64,000 nucleotides of DNA from assembly GCA_002269645.1 (NCBI GenBank), contig NIVC01001626.1, forward strand, positions 194,340 to 258,339, in the 5' to 3' direction. Shown here one piece after another: positions 57,845 through 64,000 of this stretch. Numbering within the stretch: position 1 is the stretch's first letter; the number at the start of each line of letters is the position of its first letter. The stretch is from Macrostomum lignano. Taxonomy: Eukaryota. Both the position numbers and the translations under genes were made by a program. A model generated the notes under the pieces. The model was not told the DNA's origin. It saw only the letters and a program-made list of their open reading frames with translations, and ran no database searches.

Positions 57845-59875
57845 TCAAGCCTGCTGGCACCAGCTGTCCAGCAGCGTGAACTCGCTCTGCGTGAGCACTC
57901 GAGTGCTCAGGCCAAAACATGAGATGCTGCCCCACAGAGTAGCTCGAATCTCCGGGGAAGCCTCCCAGATGCAGGCATTGGAAATTGGCACTGCTGAGAC
58001 CGCCGACCTCCTCCGTCTTGTTCAGGGTGGCGGCGCGCGCGTTGCCGTTGAAGTAGAAGCCGGAGGCAGCTGTCGAGTTGAAGGAGACCCCAGCAGCAAT
58101 GGAAGCCGCGGAGCTGTTCGAACTTGCATTAAACGCGGCGTCAGACCTAAACAGGCGGGATATCGAAGCGACTGGCCAGAACACTTGGTGCCAAATCTTT
58201 CCATCGTACGCGAAGAAGTCGTGAGAGACGTTGTTGCTGGTGCACTGCCGAAACACGGCATACGTGGCGCTGCGGTTCAGAGGTGACTTGCGTGCGATTG
58301 TCGGCTAAATGAACAGCGAACTGTTTCAGACTTTTAGAAAATTATACTCACTCGATGTTCAGCGGGTGCTTGGCCCGGACGAAGAAGGAGAACTTGTTGC
58401 CTTCGTTGACCACCGTCTCGAAGCCGGGCGTCTCCGCCATCAGGAAGGAGTCCAGGCTCTGCACAAAGTGCGCGCCAGAGGCGTTCACCGTGGCGTTGCC
58501 GCTACTCAGCCGGTACTTGGAGGGATCGGCGACGTTCTCGAGGCCGTGGCTGGCGAACCTGTAGAGCAGCTTGAGGCACAGCTGGCCCACAATCGGGTCC
58601 ACGGATGACGGCACTGGAATGGTTTGATGATGGTCAGTAGGGCGATTGTGAAAATGATTTATGAGTTGCTGACAAGACCGAAACGAGATGTCAACTTAAG
58701 CACGTTAATCCATCAATCCGTAATGGGGAGGAATGCCCTTCCTGCCTCTCCGGTGTCGATAATGCGGAGCACTTCATATGTGACTGCCTCGCCTTTACTC
58801 TGGACAGGCTCACCTACCTCAGCCCAAACCCGGACCTCTCCGACATTTTCAGGCCCGAGTATCTCTACCAGCTCGTCCGCGACCTAAGAGCTACCGGCGG
58901 GCGAGCGGCCATCCACCTGGACTCTGGAGGAAGACCGCGCTGCGGACACCGGCACCACCGGATCTCCCCTCGCGACAACGTAACACCAGCTGCCCGTGGT
59001 CACCAGGGGTTAGCCAATGGGTGGAGACACCTTCCAGCTGTATCCGGAACCCCCTGCAGCTGGGTCAAGTAAGTCACGGGAATCCATTGGTTCACAGGGG
59101 ATATAGGGGATAAAACTGGGATTTCACCCCAACTTAAACCTAGAACGGAGCCCAACGAAAAGTTTCAAACTAAAGCGCCTTCAACCGGAACCCCTGCATC
59201 CCTGGAAGCCCCTTGTGAGGGATCTGGATGAGAGGTCACGGCGTTTCTAATCGACTGTTCCGAAGAAATGATCGAATGCAGTCCGTCTGGTCCAGGGGCC
59301 CAACTTCACAAGAAAAAAAATAACAAAACATCGAAAAAATATTATCGGGTCTTTTGCAAGACCGAAGCATTGGAAAACCCTCATCAACAACAAGCGCTAC
59401 CAGCCTGATTGATGAATCCTTTACCCATTCTGAGTACTTGGCATCCGCAAAAATGTATGACCAGCCAACTGCCTTTTCATGTAAACAGTCTTTCAATCTG
59501 ACCAAGCGGTTTTCGGTCTTGCATGTATGATATCTCGGTCCTTATGGATAAGCGACCCCCACGTCACGCACAGCCTCGCACCTTGTCTATACGACTCGCA
59601 GGCTCCATCGCTCCACAGCGCCAGTCCCTCGCACGTGAGTTGCCATGGTAACAGAGACCGGCTGACCGGTTGAAGTGGAACAGGTCGCAGTCCGGCCTGC
59701 TGCTGCACGCAGCGCCGCAGCGAATTTTCGACTTCTCGGCTCGGGCGGGCAGCGCGGAGAGCCGCGGGCACAGGGCGGTCGCTTTGAACTGCTTGACTGT
59801 GGAGAGGCCGGGGCAGCCCTGCAGCAGCTGCAGGAGAACGACGCAGAACAGAAGGAGCTCGCGGTGGGGGCTCAT
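57845..59875 (-). pseudogene. Secreted PAN/apple + LamG(ConA-like) domain protein; exons about 59582-59875, 58352-58613, 57845-58304; about 3 frame lesions
   Basis: Signal peptide MSPHRELLLFCVVLLQLLQGCPG; PAN-like SKIRCGAACSSRPDCDLFHFNRSAGLCY. LamG3-like GVSFN..FYFNG...CLHLGG...GSISCF..STRVLTQSEF. GT-AG sites found; frame breaks near 59635, 58300 and 57930. Confidence 0.6.
58725..59230 (+). mobile_element. 5'-truncated LINE 3' end (ORF2 C-terminal CCHC knuckle) in the intron of the PAN-LamG gene
   Basis: + translation EECPSCLSGVDNAEHFICDC..FTLDRLTYL fits C-x2-C-x8-H-x4-C; ORF stop near 59070. Boundaries are approximate. Confidence 0.55.
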
Positions 59876-60261
59876 GGCAAGGGATGTTGCAAGCAGCGGG
59901 GAGAATTGGAGACGGGGAGGCTGGATGCTTTTTATGCATCTTCGGACTCCCAACTCAGCCAATGACCACCTGGATGAATAATTCACACAGTCTCCGAGAA
60001 ATTTGCGAGCCATTGTGTTTGTCAGCGATGGAGGAAATGCTGGGCTGCGCGGACTTGGAGCAGAAACTGAGGCAGGCCCGCTAATGAGCAAGCAAGCCGT
60101 GGGTTGGCAGGCTTGACTAGAAAAGCTAAAAATTGTTACCTGTTAGAATCTGCAGCAGGTGCGTTGCCTGGTTTCTAAGATCTTCTCTCCGTCGCTAACG
60201 TCCTTAGACAGAAATTGCGTGCCAGAATTATGATAAATGCTTCGTCATGTCTTAAAAACAT

Positions 60262-60345
60262 TTCTGCCTTTACTTCCAGAAGCTTCCAATTAGTTAAGGA
60301 GAATTCTGCCTTTACTTCCAGAAGCTTCCAATTAGTTAAGGAGAA
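60262..60345. repeat. Exact 42-bp tandem duplication
   Basis: TTCTGCCTTTACTTCCAGAAGCTTCCAATTAGTTAAGGAGAA occurs twice. Confidence 0.9.
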
Positions 60346-60654
60346 TTTTTTATCATCTTTTTTGAGATCTTCAAACTCAACCAGTTGGTAGTGCTTCAAT
60401 TGCAAGGACAGAAATGTCTGCAAGGAATGGTCGACCCTACTTGAAGTAGAAAAATGGTTTTCACTTTAAACACCAGAGACTGTGCTGTGGTCTTTCGTAT
60501 ACAATGGTTTCGTATACCAGCTGACTCGAATGACTGCTCATCATTGATACTTGAAAACATGTGGCACTTTTTCAAAACTGTTGTAATTGATACGGACCGT
60601 GCCCGTTCGTGCCCGTGTGCTGATGACAGAATAGAACATTGGGTTTCAGAAGAC

Positions 60655-60885
60655 AATATTGGGTGTCAGAGACAAGTATTGGGTGTCAGAGACAAGTATT
60701 GGGTGTCCGAGACAAGTATTGGGTGTCCGAGACAAGTATTGGGTGTCAGAGACAAGTATTGGGTGTCCAAGACAAGGATTGGGTGTCCAAGACAAGGATT
60801 GGGTGTCAGAGACAAGTATTGGGTGTCAGAGACAAGTATTGGGTGTCAGAGACAAGGATTGGTTGTCAGAGACAAGTATTGGGTA
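60655..60885. repeat. 20-bp minisatellite (TTGGGTGTCAGAGACAAGTA), about 11 copies
   Basis: Direct reading. Confidence 0.92.
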
Positions 60886-60969
60886 GTCAGAAGCACCACT
60901 TGGGATGCAGTACAGTGGCGGTACAAAAAAGAGGCCGATGCAAGCATGTCTGGAAGCCGCTGCTGCGGC

Positions 60970-61410
60970 GCGGGTGCATCAACAGCCTCATGGCGGGTGA
61001 ATCAACAGCGTCATGGCGGGCCGCGTGTGCATCAACAGCATCATGGGGGTGCATCAACAGCATCATATCGGGTGCATCAACAGCATCATATCGGGTGCAT
61101 CAATAGCCTCATGGCGGGTGCATCAATAGCATCATGGCGGGTGCATCAACAGCCTCATGGCGGGTGCATCAATAGCATCATATCGGGTGCATCAATAGCA
61201 TCATGGCGGGTGCATCAATAGCATCATGGTGGGTGCATCAATAGCATCATGGCGGGTGCATCAATAGCATCATGGCGGGTGCATCAATAGCATCATATCG
61301 GGTGCATCAATAGCATCATGGCGGGTGCATCAACAGCATCATGGCGGGTGCATCAATAGCATCATATCGGGTGCATCAATAGCATCATGGCGGGTGAATC
61401 AACAGCCTCA
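60970..61410. repeat. 23-bp minisatellite (GGGTGCATCAATAGCATCATGGC), about 19 copies
   Basis: Direct reading. Confidence 0.92.
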
Positions 61411-62689
61411 TGGCGGTGTGCCATATCAGATGTACTGTCTCGCAATTCTGAGCTCTCACCCTCCATCAAGCGCAGCTGCTTGCGCTAACCTTGTGAGTCA
61501 GTTAAGTGCGTCAACTTCGCTTGCCAGCATGCCTTGTCAAATAGTTAGACCGGCAGTTGAGTCTTTGTTTGCTTCAGCAGAGGTTTATTGGGTATAAGAT
61601 TGAGGGAAATTCTGCAGGTTGTTTGAGCTGATTGACAGGTTTCAGAGTTGCAGGATTTCGCTCGCATTCAGCAGTGCTGCAGCCATAAAAATGTTCAAGC
61701 AAGAAAAATAATTTTCTAGAAAAATGTTTTCACGACAGTTGACACAATTGTGCCGGAGCGCACCTGGGATTTGGATTTGCAGCTGTGGAGTCTTATTATC
61801 GATCGGAAGTGTTCCTAAAGATACAGAATGTCAATTTCAAGAGACGCTGTAACTGGGCGGCTCCTGCGCTCGGGCTGGGGTATATCTGGCGCTTGACCCC
61901 TGAATGTACAATAATTCCCTCGTTATGCCCCTATCATTCCCCTGTGGCGTTGTCTCATTCCCCTGCTTTCCCCTGTGCCCCTGATACTGAGTTATGCCGC
62001 TTATATTAATACATATTTCCTTCTGTCAACTATAGTAGGGAGAGGACGCTCTCCCTTTTCTCCCCTTAACATATTTGCGCCACCAGCTACACCGCCACAT
62101 CGTTTATTCTCTTTCGCGGCCAATTTCCATTTAGTATTTTTTATCAGAGGCGGGGGCTGTGTACCCCCTGAGGCACTTTAAGTGACATTGTCACACAATC
62201 GGCGAGAGACATTACCGCCCATTCCGCCGGCTCCCCTGAGCAGGCACACAAGCGCGCGGATAAATGCGTAGTCATACGCACAGGCACACACTCGCACAGG
62301 AGTGCACATCGGCCATAACTTTATTTATCGTTAGGTATGTACACTTCACTGTGCCTTGGGTTGGGCCCAAGGTAATTCCATGAGCAGACCCAAGCCGAGA
62401 TTCCAATTTAGCCCCAAATTAATGACTGCACTTGGAATCGAGCCTGGGCCGCTGGCCCATCACAGCGCCTCGATAGATCACTAGTAGTGCTGCTCTCCTA
62501 TTGCTACTTGTAGTACACATTCACGACTGCTGTGTTCCTGATTTGCTTTTTCCTCCAAATGCCTAGGCACTAGCCTCGTAGGTTAGTACGCCCTACCCGT
62601 TTTTCTACCCATTTTCTTGCATTTTCCACACGTGATCCGCGTGATAAGGCTATTTTTAAAAACATTTCAGTGACATTTCTGATTGCAGA

Positions 62690-63425
62690 CCAGTACACAC
62701 CTAAACTATAGACCAGTACACAGCTAAACTGCAGACAAGTACACACCTCAACTGCAGACCAGTACACAGCTAAACTGCAGACCAGTACACACCTCAACTG
62801 CAGACCAGTACACAGCTAAACTGCAGACCAGTACACACCTCAACTGCAGACCAGTACACACCTCAACTGCAGACCAGTACACACTTCAACTGCAGACCAG
62901 TACACACCTCAACTGCAGACCAGTACACACCTCAACTACAGACCAGTACACACCTCAACTGCAGACCAGTACACACCTCAACTGCAGACCAGTACACACC
63001 TCAACTGCAGACCAGTACACACCTCAACTGCAGACCAGTACACACCTCAACTGCAGACCAGTACACACCTCAACTGCAGACCAGTACACACCTCAACTAC
63101 AGACCAGTACACACCTCAACTGCAGACCAGTACACACCTCAACTGCGGACCAGTACACACCTCAACTGCAGACCAGTACACACCTCAACTGCAGACCAGT
63201 ACACACCTCAACTGCGGACCAGTACACACCTCAACTGCAGACCAGTACACACCTCAACTGCAGACCAGTACACACCTCAACTGCAGACCAGTACACACCT
63301 CAACTACAGACCAATACACAGCTACACTGCAGACCAGTACACAGCCAGAGTAAAGACCAGTACACAGCCAGAGTAAAGACCAATACACAGCCAGAGTAAA
63401 GACCAGTACACAGCTAAACTGCAGA
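62690..63425. repeat. 23-bp minisatellite (ACTGCAGACCAGTACACACCTCA), about 31 copies
   Basis: Direct reading. Confidence 0.95.
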
Positions 63426-63739
63426 TCAGTACACAGCCAACTGCTCCAACTCAGTCTGCTCGCATCTACAGAACCTGAGTTATTGAGATGAGCAGCGCCA
63501 GTAAAATAAGCTGAAATTCAGAGTCGCGGTTAGCATTTGAATTTTTGGGATGCTCGAGGAAAAAGGGCCAGCTGGCGTTGTTTATTCGTGTCTGTCTCAG
63601 ACCGGGACTTGCGTCAGGGATCAGTTTGTCAAGTCTGTCAGATAAACCTCTTGAATGAAGGATTTGCGCTGTTATTCAATCTTCAGGTGCGATCAGATCT
63701 CAGTTCAACTGCACTGCTGGCTTCCATGGGGCCGCCGCT

Positions 63740-64000
63740 TCAAACCCGCTGGCACCAGCTGTCCAGCAGCGCGAACTCGGACTGGTTGAGCACTCGAGTG
63801 CTCAGACAGAAGCAGGAGATGCTGCCCTGGATGGAGTATCCGCTGACAGGGAAGCCCCCAAGCTGCAGGCATTTGGAAATTCGCAGTGCTGAGGTCGGAC
63901 TTCGAGTTTTTTTATCCAGACTGGCAGCGCGGCTGCCCGTTGAAGAAGAAGCTAACGGCCGGTCCGTGTCGTAGGAGACCCCGATAGAGACCAGGGCGAC
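63740..64000 (-). pseudogene. 3' end of a second LamG(ConA-like) paralog, extends beyond the window
   Basis: Homologous to 57845-58100 (shared GCTGGCACCAGCTGTCCAGCAGCG, GAGCACTCGAGTGCTCAG). Translates GVSYDT...CLQLGGFP..GYSIQGSISCFCLSTRVLNQSEFALLDSWCQRV*; small indels are needed to align the middle. Confidence 0.6.

Noticed and set aside
59236-59505. 89-aa minus ORF within the PAN-LamG intron
   Set aside because: No recognisable domain, and it lies between a LINE fragment and the splice donor.

Overview
Eukaryotic (animal) genomic DNA: spliceosomal GT-AG introns, GC-rich exons, an AT-rich background, and roughly 18 kb (about 28%, manual tally) of tandem repeats. The style suggests a free-living flatworm such as Macrostomum, but that is inference only. 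Genes found: (1) two intronless, divergently transcribed EGFR-family receptor tyrosine kinases (8427-11567 on -, 21773-25045 on +); (2) a 3-exon acyl-protein thioesterase (LYPLA/APT, -); (3) a 7-exon ANKRD13C-like gene (+) with a very young 4.7-kb Ty3/Gypsy LTR retrotransposon antisense in intron 1; (4) an intronless, divergent MAD2L2/REV7-like HORMA gene (+); (5) two tandem, apparently frameshifted copies of a secreted LamG/ConA-like protein gene (-), the complete one with an N-terminal PAN/apple domain. Mobile DNA also includes an internally deleted FLYWCH-MULE transposase, several MITEs (one hAT-type with an 8-bp TSD), a tRNA-derived CORE-like SINE, LINE fragments, and possible Helitron and Crypton remnants. 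The standout is the EGFR pair. The two genes have strongly diverged ectodomains (domains I-III) and different C-tails, yet share a 1,342-bp indel-free tract (domain IV + TM + kinase) with only about 15 mismatches, 14 of them synonymous by my manual count. This points to recent gene conversion. Because the tracts are inverted repeats, a crossover in them would flip the 13.3-kb central segment and swap ectodomains between signalling tails in frame. That flip is a testable hypothesis, not an observed event.
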